Made by a program: the position numbers and the translations under genes. Below the pieces are notes generated by a model. The model was given only the letters and a program-made list of their open reading frames with translations, searched no databases and had not been told where the DNA came from. Shown piece by piece: positions 51,070-64,000 of a stretch of DNA of 64,000 nt; positions within the stretch are counted from its first letter, which is position 1; the number at the start of each line of letters is the position of its first letter. The stretch lies in NCBI RefSeq assembly GCF_001194135.2, contig NC_068985.1:67576891-67640890 (forward strand), read 5' to 3'. Source of the stretch: Octopus bimaculoides (lineage: Eukaryota).

Positions 51070-51933
51070 TATTCAAGTAATATTGGTATACTCAATGAAT
51101 GCACATATAAAATCCAAACTGCTATCCTCGGTTACATATTGCAATCCAAGTAATAACCTATCATTGTGAATTTATTTTTATAATGGTTGGTTTTGATAAT
51201 TCCTCTTATGGTACGTTGGTAAGATATTAATCTTTGTCAGACGACCATCTTAGACGTTGTTGGAAATGTATATCAGGCTTCATACATTTTGACAAATATA
51301 TTACCATTCTGCATTTTTACCTCGTTTTTCATGATTATATTGGTCCATGAAGGATTGTCAGTTTTCTATACATCCGTCAGTGATACTTACTTAAAAATTC
51401 ATCGCTTGTTATCTGTTCTTCATTCTTCGCCAAGTGTTCGTTCTGTTTCAATTCAATTTCTTTCAATTCAATTCAATTCAACTTTCAATTTAATTTCTTG
51501 GTTTTAGCGGCACATTTAGAATCGCATCTTCTTATATGTGCCAGTAGGTTGAAATCCAAAATTATTTTGAGATACATGTAATTTTATCTCTAGTTTTTAG
51601 AGAAATCTGTCGTCCATTTGTTCTTTTACATATAGAAGCAAATTGTGGTCGTGTATTTCTATTGACATTCATTTCGTCGCGAACAGAAACGTATGCTACA
51701 TTTATTTCTGGAGAAATGTCAATAGACGCAGCCCACCATCCTAATGATACATATTTGTGTCTGTGCATGTGTGTGCATGTGTGTGCGTGCATGTATGTAT
51801 GTGTGTATTTATACGCATATATATACATATGTATATTCATACATGAAGATTTATGTGATTACATATGTGTGTTTCTGTGAGTATATGTGTGTAGTCATAT
51901 GCATATATGTACGTATTTATGCACATACAGGTA

Positions 51934-52272
51934 CAAGCGTGGCTGTATGGGAAGAAACTTGCTTTCCAATCACATGGTTCATGGTTCAGTCCCACTGCGT
52001 AGGCATGGGCTGATCAAAGCTTTGAGAGTGGATTTCGTAGACGGAAACTGAGAGAAGCTCGCCGTATATATGTATGTATGTGTGTGTGTATGTGTATGTG
52101 TGTGTAATTGTGTCTATCACCCTCGCTTTACAACCGATGCTGGTGTGTTTACGTTCCCGTAACTTAGCTATTCGTCAAAACAGTTCAAACTTTAAAAGAA
52201 TAAGTCCTAGGGTCGATACATTGGACTAAAACTTCTTTAAGATAGCTACAGTCCAACAACTGAAACAAGTAA
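51934..52272 (+). mobile_element. tRNA-derived SINE with internal TG microsatellite
   Basis: gcgtggctgtatgggaagaaacttgcttt...ggttcagtcccactgcgt...gagtggatttcgtagacggaaactga. Confidence 0.75.
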
Positions 52273-54183
52273 AAAATCATTCTAAAAATTATACAAACCT
52301 GCACTCAAAACTTCTAACCTAACTTACCTAAATTACTATAACTGAATTGTAGATTTTTCTGCCTGCTTGTTGAAAATTATGCCCCTTTGTGAGCTCGTAA
52401 GATACTTGTATTAATATTCAATCGAAATAAATATTTTCATACAATTTTCCGAAGTGTGGATGCTGTATCTCTAGTCTGCATTAAGGTACATGATAGCTAT
52501 ATGCACTGTTGTTCTATTATCGGAAAGTCATCAAATATGGAAGTCATTAGTTAGTATGAGTCATTTTCGAAAGTGCTCACAAAAACCAATACTATGTTTC
52601 GTCTGCAAATACTGTAAGCTACATTCTTTGCTACCTTTGTTTAAATATTCAGATGAGTGTGCTTCAGATTTTTAAGCCATAACACTAATGTGTCGATTTG
52701 CTCTATACTTCAGGAATTTAAAATCGATCCCAGTGCTATTATCATATATTCTGAGCCATTCTCTCGAATCTAAACATGAGAAAACGTACAGAGCTTCAGT
52801 TTCGTAAGAAGGATAGTTTAAAATTTATGCGTACTCTTCCCTCAAGTACATATATTTCAGATTATCAGAAAGAAAATAAATCGCCGAGAAACAGAACTAC
52901 TTATCTAGACAGGTGCTGCTATTCAAAACATGAGATGTTACAAAGAATGCATGCTGCAGGATATGCAAATTATTTTAGTCAGGAGAACGTGATGTAATGA
53001 TTTTGTACATCTATTATCTGAACACTTCTTCAATGTTTCTTCTGATTTATAATCATCACGTCCCTGGGAGATATAATGAAAAGTAAGCTTGTGGAGAGAT
53101 CGATAAAAGCAAGCATACTAGCCTTGGTTTGGTGCTTTGAATTATGTTCATCTCGTTAGTATAATAAACCCCAACCACTTGGGTATGAGAACATTTTATA
53201 ACTGAAAGTAGCAAATTGCATGACATCCTCAACAAATCCCATTATATGCACCTGTCCCCCTTCTCTCACTACATCTACTGTATCTCAAGCCACCTCCAAA
53301 TACGAACCACCTCCAAATGATGCCCTTTTAGGTTCTTGAGTCTTCTCATCTAGAGCTTAATAAATTTCGGAATTATATTATACTAAACAAAACTTATTCA
53401 AAAAGAAAAAATCAAATAAACCCATCTTCAAAGACTATCAATAAAGGACGAGAGAGAGAGAGTGAGAGAGAGAGAGAGAGAGAGAGTGAGAGAGAATGAG
53501 AAAGATTGAGAAAAGGAGAAAGGGGGAGGAGAGAGTGAGAGACACAGACAGAGTGAGAGAAGGAGAGAGAAACACCCATTGATCCAAAATTATAAAAATA
53601 CATCTACCTTGTGTGGAAAAAGACATGATAAAAGACACTGAAGATGCATCATGTAAATCGCCATCATGTAAATATCAGAGAAAGAAAATTCCAACATGTT
53701 CAAAGCTAGCTAATATATATTGTTTATCTGGCACACGTTACGCTATTATAAAACACAATTCATCATCACAAATATATTCAAAGGTGTGATTTCGTGAATA
53801 TTTCGAACACAGTGCTTGCTTCATTTTCGCATTCAATAACAGTAATGGTATGTTTATATAGACAAAGCCTCATTTTTCAATCACAATGCTTATGCTACAT
53901 GTCACATTTTATCACCATGATGAATGTTATGTATTTATTTCTAAGGCCTTATGTTGACTTATGATTTGAGAAAGTATTTGATTAGGACAGTACCAGATAT
54001 ACCGTTGGAAATTTAATGTACCACCACCTGTTCTTCTGACTAACGCTTGAAATGAAATACTGCTTAGAATATACACATCATGTTCTTAATTAAGAAGTAA
54101 TCTTTTTTTTTATTGGACTCATACTCATTCTTCAAATTTGTATAATGATATTTTGTAATGTGCATTCTCTAATTATAATGCAG

Positions 54184-54210
54184 AATCAGCTGAATATGTG
54201 AAATGAATTT
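54184..54210 (+). other. Exon-like 27-nt unit, closed in all three frames
   Basis: ttctctaattataatgcag|AATC...ATTT|gtaagt. Stops occur in every frame, so it is non-coding if real. Confidence 0.15.
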
Positions 54211-54859
54211 GTAAGTATATATATATATATATATATATACTTAGCTAAATTTCAGCCTGAATTGGCCAGGACATGCATAACTCTCTGGAAAGGATATTTA
54301 ATGATGTTTCGTATTACAACCCTTCACCCATTCAAATACAGAGTTATTGTTTTGCAGAGTTATATTGTATAGGTGGTGGATTTAATATTTGTTGGAGATT
54401 TTCAACCAGGTACCGCTAGAATGTTATAAAATCTTTTTCTTCTGCTGTGCTTCTTGGCATGACGTTAGCTGGAACAAAGCCAGTTGAGGTTAAATAAATC
54501 TGTTTTACTGCTGTGAGGTGATACGAGCATGACTTTTGTTCAGTACGGCTGGCAGGAAACCAAAACTTGGGTACATTTTAAAGTTGATGACAACATCATT
54601 TAGGTAATAATCTTGGAATATTTTTCAGATCTTACAAACAATATAGTGCCCACAGCAGTGTTGGAGGGAAGAAGGTTTGACTTTTTCAAGAAGATTCCAA
54701 TAATTAAAATCTGTCATATAGAATATTTTTCTTGTGATCGATTTCTGGGTTGCATCGATTTATATAATATTTTGTTTCGTGTTGGGAGACTACAGCAGGC
54801 AAGAGTATTCAACGTGAAGACGGCGAAGGTGGAAAAGAGAAGAATAATGTTAGAAGCGT

Positions 54860-55050
54860 CTGCAAACGAAGAACTTCCGAGGATCTAGGAGCATTCCTAT
54901 CGTCCATAACGGTGTGTTGTTTACTTTCAGCACTCCAGCTTGAGCTGTTATCGACAGCTACACCGAGATACTTAGCTGTGTTTAATAATACTAGGTTGAC
55001 ACCGGAGGAAAGAGTAAACGGTCTCTTAACTGCAGCCTCGTTACCGAAGT
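54860..55050 (-). mobile_element. Short LINE RT fragment, clade uncertain (CR1/L2/Jockey-like)
   Basis: LLNTAKYLGVAVDNSSSWSA resembles the KYLGVxIDxxLxW motif. Confidence 0.45.
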
Positions 55051-55189
55051 GGATATATATATATATATATATANNNNNNNNNNNNNNNNNNNNNNNNNNN
55101 NNNNNNNNNNNNNNNNNNNNNNNNNNNNNNNNNNNNNNNNNNNNNNNNNNNNNNNNNNNNNNNNNNNNNNNNNNNNNNNNNNNNNNATA

Positions 55190-55460
55190 GATATATGGAG
55201 GGGAATTGACAAAAAGAAAGCAATAGACGAAGACAGGTGGTGTAAATAACAAACAGATGTATTAGTTTAACGCTGGGGAAGTGAAAAAGTCATTAAAGTT
55301 TCGAGCCTACGCTCTTCCATAGAAAGGAAAACAGAAATAAACAAGGAGATAAAATAAAGAATGTGAGGTGGCTAGCGTACCTAAAATTGCCATTCTCTGA
55401 TCTGATAACTATAGCTGACTTGTAATTCAATCGAAAACTGTTACGCTTCTTACTGCGACC
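55190..55460 (-). mobile_element. Probable Penelope terminal-repeat relic with a degenerate hammerhead
   Basis: The minus strand reads ctatggaa-GAGC-GTAG-GCTC-GAAAC (55298-55322). The stem II hairpin and GAAA are intact but the CUGAUGA box is mutated. Confidence 0.35.
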
Positions 55461-56989
55461 AGTTACATTGTGTCGTATATGTATACATATGTGTGTGTGT
55501 TTGTGTGTGTGTGCTTGTGTGTGTGTGTGTGCATGTATGTGTATATTTGTATACGTATATAAATATGCTTAATCTATCTATCTATATATGTGTGTGTATG
55601 TGTGTGTATGCGTGTGTATGTATGTATAGATATACATATATACATACATACACACACACACACATATATATATAATATATACATATACACACACACATAT
55701 ATATGCATATACATTTCCCCGTATAGATATATATATACATACATACACACACANNNNNNNNNNACACACACATACAGATCTATATATACCATTATATACG
55801 CATTCAAAGTGAAAACCGACGTTATCTTTGCGGTTTTAGACATTAGAGTGGCATTTCATCAGACTTGCATGAAATGTGCGCTTCTTACCCTGAGTTTATA
55901 TTGGGAGGAAACGAAAAGGACATAAAAGTACGGGTGGGGGATGAATAATTAATATAGAGACCTTATGAGAAGAAGGGTGAGGAAGACATATATTAATTAT
56001 TCATCCGCTAACCATACTTGTTTTGCTTTGGTTTCCACCCGGCTAGAGGACGCCTAATATAAGAGCGCACCCTTGATGCGAATGTGACAAAGTTCCACCA
56101 TAAACAATACGTAAATGTGTACTTCAAATTTAGCGTAAGCCGGCGTTGCAAACAGAGTTAGTACAAAAAACAAGTGTAAGTGATGTGTAAGGTTGCCTTA
56201 AAGCATTTCTTTTAATTATTATTTGGATTATATTTTACTCCTCGCTACATCCACACAACGGTTTTACCGTCGTGAAACCAGAACTTTCTACACCTGAAGA
56301 TTGTCGGCATTAGTCTGGAATGCGACATTGTTTGGATTCCAGGACTCACGTTAAATGCTTCTCCGGAAATAACCTACCTTTATACTCTAACAAGACCTTA
56401 TATGTGTGTTTGTGTTGGTGAATGTATGTGTTTTTGTGTGTATGTTTCTTTANNNNNNNNNNTATATATATATATATATATATATATCGTTGTATCACCA
56501 GAAGTGATTAAAAGGACCCTTTAATAAAACATCATCTGTCAACTCAGGCAACGAAGTTCAACAACAGAGTATGTTTATTTCTTGACCCTACAACATCTCG
56601 TTAAGCCATACTACTCATCCTGACACTCGCATACACAAATATAAAAACGAGACTAACATCGCAACAGACTCCTCCCACTCCGTTTTCATTACCATTCATT
56701 TCTCTCTTTCATTCATTTCTATATAAGTTGTAGAATGTTTACCAAGTTCCCAGTGACAGAAGCAAGATATAATTAACAATAGGTTTCATAAGCAATCACA
56801 GAAACAGGCATCCATAATACTAGTAATCTTATTTGAATCAATATTTATTATATGTACAACTGAAGTATCGTTTTGTTGCCCACATCAAATGGAGCAGACA
56901 TAGATCCTCACCTACGACCTACATTTACAGCATTCTACCCATACACAATAGAAAACAGAATAATATCAAAACATAAACATATTATACAT

Positions 56990-57700
56990 TCTAATTACAT
57001 AGGTGATATACTAATTGTAATAGATACACTTTAGAAATGTAAGAACACCACCCTGTACGAACATTGAATGATAATACAAAGAGGCACTGTTCAGGACATA
57101 GGTATATACCTTGAAAAACAAAGTAGATATATTATGCCAGGGTAGTATAAGTTGTCAGGGGGAAAATCACACCTCAGAACATTATTTATATTTTTACCAA
57201 CAAGAATTAAACAAATATTAGTTAACAACGGATACTCTAAAGGGATATAAAATGATATAGAGAGGCAAATACAACACAGCAAATGTACATGAGAGTCTAT
57301 GCTTAACAGAAATTTACAAACCACACGGAAAAGTTTTTAAATGAATCAAATGCACACAATTTATCCAGCAGATGATCATGAATTAAAAATACTGGTAAAA
57401 TGCAGCTTAAAATTCATCACACTCGACCATAAATTTTGAATTTGAAAATAAGCATCCAAAGCTAAATGCAGTACAAAACACCGAAACCAAAATGTTCTTA
57501 TAATATATAGCAAACATACGAACCCAATTACAAACTGCATGCAGCTAATCCGGTGTATAAATTTGACTTTAAAACTGGACGTTGCAAACTTCATGTCGCC
57601 AGCTGTTACATTGGACAGAGAATACAAAATTCTCACGTTGGTTCACTATGCATTTGTCATACGGAACAACTGGATGACATTACACCGCATAATACAAAGT
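56990..57700 (+). mobile_element. Decayed Penelope-like RT-thumb plus GIY-YIG remnant
   Basis: RIKQILVNNGYSKGI (~57200-57245) and NPVYKF..TGRCKLHVASCYIGQ (~57547-57620, frameshifted). Confidence 0.65.
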
Positions 57701-58633
57701 GATATTAGATAGGTAAATGCTAGAGGAAAATAGCCATATACTTTATAGAATTCCACACAAAAACAAGATTAATTAAGGGAAATACGCTCGTATCAGCATT
57801 CAATGCCATACTTAGCCAGCAACCGCATTCATCAAATCTATGCGCTTGCGCACACGAACACACAGACATACACATGCGCACACACAGACACTCACACACA
57901 CACACGCGCACACACACACACAAACCCCCCCCCACACACACATATATATATATATATATACTATATATAAAAATACGTACACACACTTATCCAGAGTTGG
58001 CCAGAAGTCAATCGACAGTAAATCAAAATTCAATATATACTACCTGTAATACTGTATTGACTCGAATGGAAAAATCTGTCGTTCAAGAACGACTTTTGTT
58101 TGAATAATTTTCATAGTGTTTCATATTAAGATGCTTTTATTAAATTCATTGAGTTGCAATACATAAATAAATCTTGGAATTAAATGGTTTTGCTCTACTG
58201 TCAGGTATGTAGATATCTGCATTTGGTTGTGTGTGTGCGAACATGTGTCTGAGTGCATGTGTGTATGTGAGAGTGATAGTCTGGTTCAATTTGTATTAAT
58301 GTACCTATAAATTATATTGATAACAACATAGCAGCCGCACGAATTGTTAGCATTCAAATTCCACCACACTCCCGCTCAAGGAAGCAAAAAAGGCATCAGT
58401 AAGCATGATTCATAAAATGTTATTATTACTTACAGAGTTACATTTAAATATTTCTTAGGCTTTTAGGTACATTACATGCAAAGCAAATTATATATCGTAT
58501 ATATCAGACGATTATCGTGACCACGTTTATCACTCCTACAACAGGCACTAGTACAGGTAAATTTAAAGCGATTCATCAGAAATTTATAATCAAAATTGCA
58601 AAAATCATAGAAACAAATGTGTATCTTTGTCTT

Positions 58634-58701
<68 letters not shown>

Positions 58702-59209
58702 CTCTCTCACTTTTTCTCTCTTCTCCTCTGTCTCTCTGTCTTCTGCCCTCTCTCTCTGGAGCTCGCTCACTATATGTATATATATATATATATATATAGG
58801 TTATGGAGGTTTTATCATCTCAAAAATGCAAATATATCCTACTCTCTAACATGGTCAATACTGGACTCAGGGCTTCCCTACCGAGGTCAACGCTCAGCCT
58901 GCAAACTTTGACTGAAGGAGGCACTTCACATAATAAACCCTAACTCACCAACTTTGCTAAATAAAAATACTGAGACACTAAACACATGTAATAATAGCAT
59001 TTTTCATACATTCAAATTCTACCACAGACCCAAATTCCAAAATGACCATGCAGTACATTTCCACAATAACCCTTGGTAATCCCTATGACCTTATACATAT
59101 ATTTTAATTTTTAACCCCTATCTAACCCCTCACTCAAGCTCATACTTGAATTTCACAACCATCTAACTATATTTGTGTGTGCGTGCACCCATGCATATGT
59201 ACGTGTATA

Positions 59210-59260
<51 letters not shown>

Positions 59261-59423
59261 ATGTATGTATGTATACAAGGTATATATACATGCGTGTACA
59301 GGGGTGATAAGACATACAGATGCACGTATATGTGGGTACGTACGTATCCATATACATATGAGTACGAGTTATATGTGTAGATTTTGATATATATAAATAT
59401 CTGTATAGCATATGGCGTGACTG

Positions 59424-59474
<51 letters not shown>

Positions 59475-59699
59475 GTATCTAGCTAGCTATCCCTCTATCT
59501 ATCTACCTAGCTATCCCTCTATCTATCTACCTATCTATCTTTCTTCTTACTCATCTCCCCCTCTCGCTCTGCTTCCGTCTGTTGTCATGGCTTCTACGCC
59601 ACTGCTATACACATCTCTCTCTTCCTCCATGTTCTACTTCCTCCCTCTACCATCGTCTCTGCTCACGTGTGACTTGTGGTCAACTCTCTCTCTTTTCAC

Positions 59700-60025
59700 T
59701 CCTTCCACTATGAAGGCATGACGAACTGTCTTTTCTCCGTCCAGCTTCGTCCTATCACTAGCGTTCAATACCAGATTCGCGTTTGGCCGTACGGCTTTTT
59801 AATGCTGTTTTCACTGTCCATTTTTTCCTGTCTTGGTTTGTGTTTGCCACCTTGGAATCCTCTGTTTAGTGGGTCGATCCACTACTCAGGAAGAGACTAT
59901 TCTAGAGTACGTCTAGTTAGAATAGAGGCAGCTGACGAAGGATTAATTCCAAATGGCTATCTGTTTTCCTATGTGTTCGTTCCGTTGTCTGTAGTTCATT
60001 TTTCTAACGTCCTGTACCCTGATAT
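59700..60025 (+). mobile_element. Probable Penelope terminal-repeat relic with a degenerate hammerhead
   Basis: gaggcag-CTGACGA-A-GGA-TTAAT-TCC-AAA-TGGCTA-TC-TGTTT (59925-59966). The G of GAAA is missing, and TGGCTA looks like CpG-decayed CGGCCG. Confidence 0.4.
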
Positions 60026-60494
60026 NNNNNNNNNNNNNNNNNNNNNNNNNNNNNNNNNNNNNNNNNNNNNNNNNNNNNNNNNNNNNNNNNNNNNNNNNNN
60101 NNNNNNNNNNNNNNNNNNNNNNNNNNNNNNNNNNNNNNNNNNNNNNNNNNNNNNNNNNNNNNNNNNNNNNNNNNNNNNNNNNNNNNNNNNNNNNNNNNNN
60201 NNNNNNNNNNNNNNNNNNNNNNNNNNNNNNNNNNNNNNNNNNNNNNNNNNNNNNNNNNNNNNNNNNNNNNNNNNNNNNNNNNNNNNNNNNNNNNNNNNNN
60301 NNNNNNNNNNNNNNNNNNNNNNNNNNNNNNNNNNNNNNNNNNNNNNNNNNNNNNNNNNNNNNNNNNNNNNNNNNNNNNNNNNNNNNNNNNNNNNNNNNNN
60401 NNNNNNNNNNNNNNNNNNNNNNNNNNNNNNNNNNNNNNNNNNNNNNNNNNNNNNNNNNNNNNNNNNNNNNNNNNNNNNNNNNNNNNNNNNNNNN

Positions 60495-60550
<56 letters not shown>

Positions 60551-61350
60551 TGTATGTATGTATGTATGTATGTATAATGTATACTTTCTCACATGTTTGT
60601 ATTCTACTACTAGTACTGACCTGTCTAACCATCTGCAATTGACCATCTGCAATTGACACTCCTTAAAGGTTTATATCTCTCTCTCCATAAACCCCATTCC
60701 TTCTATCTTTCTACACTCTAATATCTTTGTCTCTCTTTCACCCTTCTCCTCCAGTTACTACCTTCTTATTATATTCACTGACCATTCTGGTACACTTTCC
60801 CTTATCTCTACTTTTGTTTTCCTTCTTCCTTTCTTTTCTTTATACCTTTTATTATTTTTTCTTTCTTTTTTCTTCCCTTTCTCCCTCTTTTTTCCTCTCC
60901 TTTTATTCGTCTCTTCCTGTTTTCAATTTGACCTTACTAACAGATTCCCTACTTTTAGTTGACTTTAAACAAAACCCTTCATTCAATAACACTGTGTATA
61001 AACTCTGTTTTTGGAATGAACAATTTCAGAGACTGTTGGATTTTACTCATATGGCATTGAAATCATAATAATGTATTTACAAATGCAAAGACCAGTCTTA
61101 AAGTCTGTTGGATTTTACTCACAAGGTATTGGAGACTTATATGCATACCATTCTGCCTAAACAGAATGGTATGCATTCACTCTCTATTTCCTATCTTATC
61201 TAAATCAACTATTGCTTAACCATCCTCTCACACCGTCTGCGATGAAGGGTTATAATAAATACCATGGAAACAGCTGTAAGACCTTCTATTTATAAATGTT
61301 CTATAATGCACATAGCCTTGGTTTTTTTCATCTCATTACGGAAGATAAAT

Positions 61351-61427
<77 letters not shown>

Positions 61428-62736
61428 TGTGGGTGTGTGTGTGTATGTGTGTATGTGCGTGTGCGTGTATACACACACATGCGTGTGTGTTCTTTTACAT
61501 ACTGCATATTGTAGATTATCCTTTTCACCACTTCTACTAACTACTACAAATGCCTTACTGTAGGTTACATTGTCGCACTGGTGGGACATAATATGCAAAG
61601 GAACTTCTTGGATTCTATACTTGATTGTTGTCAAGGATATATCAATGAACATCCTGTGAATGGAGTTATGTTATTTCAGCCACAACACGTCATCAGAAAT
61701 ATAGCGTATCGGCAAAATGTCGTGAATGGCTATATTTTCAGTAATCTTCAAATACGTAGTATTGGAGAACAGAATACGTTGACTTAGACGAACAACCCGG
61801 ATATTATTTCACGCTTTAAAGGATTTGCTTCTCCAGCACAGGTGCAGGGTTTTATAACAGAAATAACTGATGCATAAAAGTCATAGTGAAGCAGGTAAAT
61901 TATCTGGGTATAACAACCGATACACAGCCTGAAGAATTAAATGTGAAGATTTCATCAACATTATAAGGAAATGGCAGTTATATAAAAATGATATGGTAGT
62001 TGAAACTTTATACAGCCTAATCTGTAGAAAGGATAATCTTGAGTATATGACTATAAGAATACTTGTTGATATAGAGGACACAGTCACATAGTGTTTTGCT
62101 CATTGTTTTCATATTCTCAGTTATGATCTCACCGAAATCATCTTTAGCTTTAATCGTTCTGGTTATCGATAAATCTTGTACCACGCAAGTAACGCGGTCG
62201 ATTTAATTGACTAAATAATTTGACCTCTTTAACGTAGAATAATTGCCAGCTAATAATGTCTTCCTTTAAAAATACTCTGATCTGAGCTCAACAGATATTA
62301 AACCGACAAAACCTCTTGCAAGAAATATAAATTAACGAGAAGGAGCATTAATCAACGTGTTTGTCTTCACCGACGTCAAAACAACAACAAAAGCAATATT
62401 GGTGACATCAGCACACATACATGAACATGGTCAAAGAAAAATGGCACGAACGGGCCAAACTTTATTGTGTGCAAGTGAAGATTCAAATAAGAAAGCGCAA
62501 ATTATAAAGTATTTTAATGGAAGGATTAATGCACAGCAATATCTTTCACATAAAAAGGGAATTAGCCTGCCAGAAACAGACAAAGAAACGAGAAAGTGCA
62601 AAATACTTGTCTTGTTAAGGCCAAAGAATGCCCTTTTCTGAAACAAGGAGAAATTGGCGACAAATATTACGCACCCGTTGGAAGAAGTATCCTGTACTTC
62701 AACAGTGTCACTTAATGTTTAATCTTCAACATACAG

Positions 62737-62776
62737 GATGTTGGGGGAGCGGAAGCTTAGTCATTTACTATAATGG
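62737..62776 (+). other. Exon-like 40-nt unit
   Basis: tttaatcttcaacatacag|GATG...AATGG|gtaagc. Only one frame is open: GCWGSGSLVIYYNG. Confidence 0.2.
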
Positions 62777-63794
62777 GTAAGCACTAAAATCATGGACCGC
62801 CAGGTCTGCCTCTGGTTCGTCGTTTCATGGCAAAATATAGGCAAATATTATAACCGACGTAATTTTCATCGATACAGGGTTTGACTTGGTCATAATCCGA
62901 GAAAACTATAAATGGACATCAACATTATACTGTATAATGAGAGGTAGGCATAAAACGTGCACACCAAAATCAGTAAGTTTCTCCAAGTTACAGCAATATT
63001 ATACTATTTATAAGAATGTGCTTTAGATTTTTATCGAAGTATATCGGCAAACTTTAGAAACATAACTAAACCTAAGGAAAGTAATAAGAACTTCCAGAAA
63101 TCGCTCGAACGGGAACTACTTCCATTAAAATGAGACACCGTGGTGATGAAATATCTGTACAATATGAATGAACGAATATCTTTCAAGAAGGCGATCCTCG
63201 CTCCGGTAAAGATGCCATCACCTATTATGAAGATGAATCCATGTCCTTATTACTAGAAATCTCTCTGTCATAAAGAAATATGAATCGGAAAGGGAATGTG
63301 GTCAGGGTACAAGTGTAAATATGACGAAAAAAAAAAAAGTAAAGGATTCATTTTATATCTACTTTCCGTTAAATGTTCCCAGTGTAAGTAAGAAAATGCA
63401 AATGAGGCGATTCTGTACTCGCAAGATTCTTATATGTTATTACTTATTTCCTAGTACAAACATCCGTTGTGTTATATAAGCATTCCTCACATGAACTTCT
63501 AGATGGACAGGGAGTTTAAAGCGGCTGCTTTACAGTGAAACGCAGTATTTATAATACCATGATATTTTAAATGCTACCTTCAAAATCTGGGATATTGTTT
63601 CTAATTTACCGGCAAGATGTGCAACCAATGCAAACGGATTTTCTCTGGGGGAATTATCAAACATTCTTTACTGATATATAGCACGCACATTGGCAAAGAC
63701 AATTTTTCATTGACGTGATAATGCTAATAAACGAATTCTCTTTTTCGTGACAGATATTATTTACACATTCTACACATCATAGTTCTCAGTTGTT

Positions 63795-63823
63795 TTCTTT
63801 CTTTCTTTCTTTCTTTATTTATT

Positions 63824-63876
<53 letters not shown>

Positions 63877-63881
63877 CTCCT

Positions 63882-63953
<72 letters not shown>

Positions 63954-63955
63954 TG
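63795..63955. repeat. (TTTC)n microsatellite
   Basis: Visible directly in the sequence. Confidence 0.95.
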
Positions 63956-64000
63956 TTTTACTTGCTACTTGTTATTTCATACAACTGTTGTTTTTCTGTG

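Noticed and set aside
61559-61790. Exon candidates on both strands and an EGF-like reading
   Set aside because: The plus and minus candidates conflict, and the Cys spacing appears only after assuming several frameshifts and substitutions.
62357-62641. 94-aa plus-strand ORF
   Set aside because: No domain signature or splice support, and its length is within chance expectation.

Overview
This is AT-rich eukaryotic scaffold DNA with N gaps and very dense di-, tri- and tetranucleotide microsatellites. The SINEs and repeat landscape look like a cephalopod (Octopus-type) genome, which is an inference. No intact host gene can be supported, only a few low-confidence plus-strand exon-like units. The window is a graveyard of decayed transposons. 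It holds at least five Penelope-like (RT/GIY-YIG) remnants, one bracketed by ~360-bp inverted repeats, plus several hammerhead-ribozyme-like motifs. It also holds a Helitron fragment, a ~4.3-kb Gypsy element with very short LTRs, a 1.36-kb TRIM-like LTR element, and a stack of R4/Dong-type RLE LINEs in (AAT)n. Other elements are an inverted RTE LINE, Tc1/mariner relics, a FLYWCH-type MULE with a 9-bp TSD, and tRNA-derived SINEs. All family calls come from manual translation and motif recognition, not database searches.
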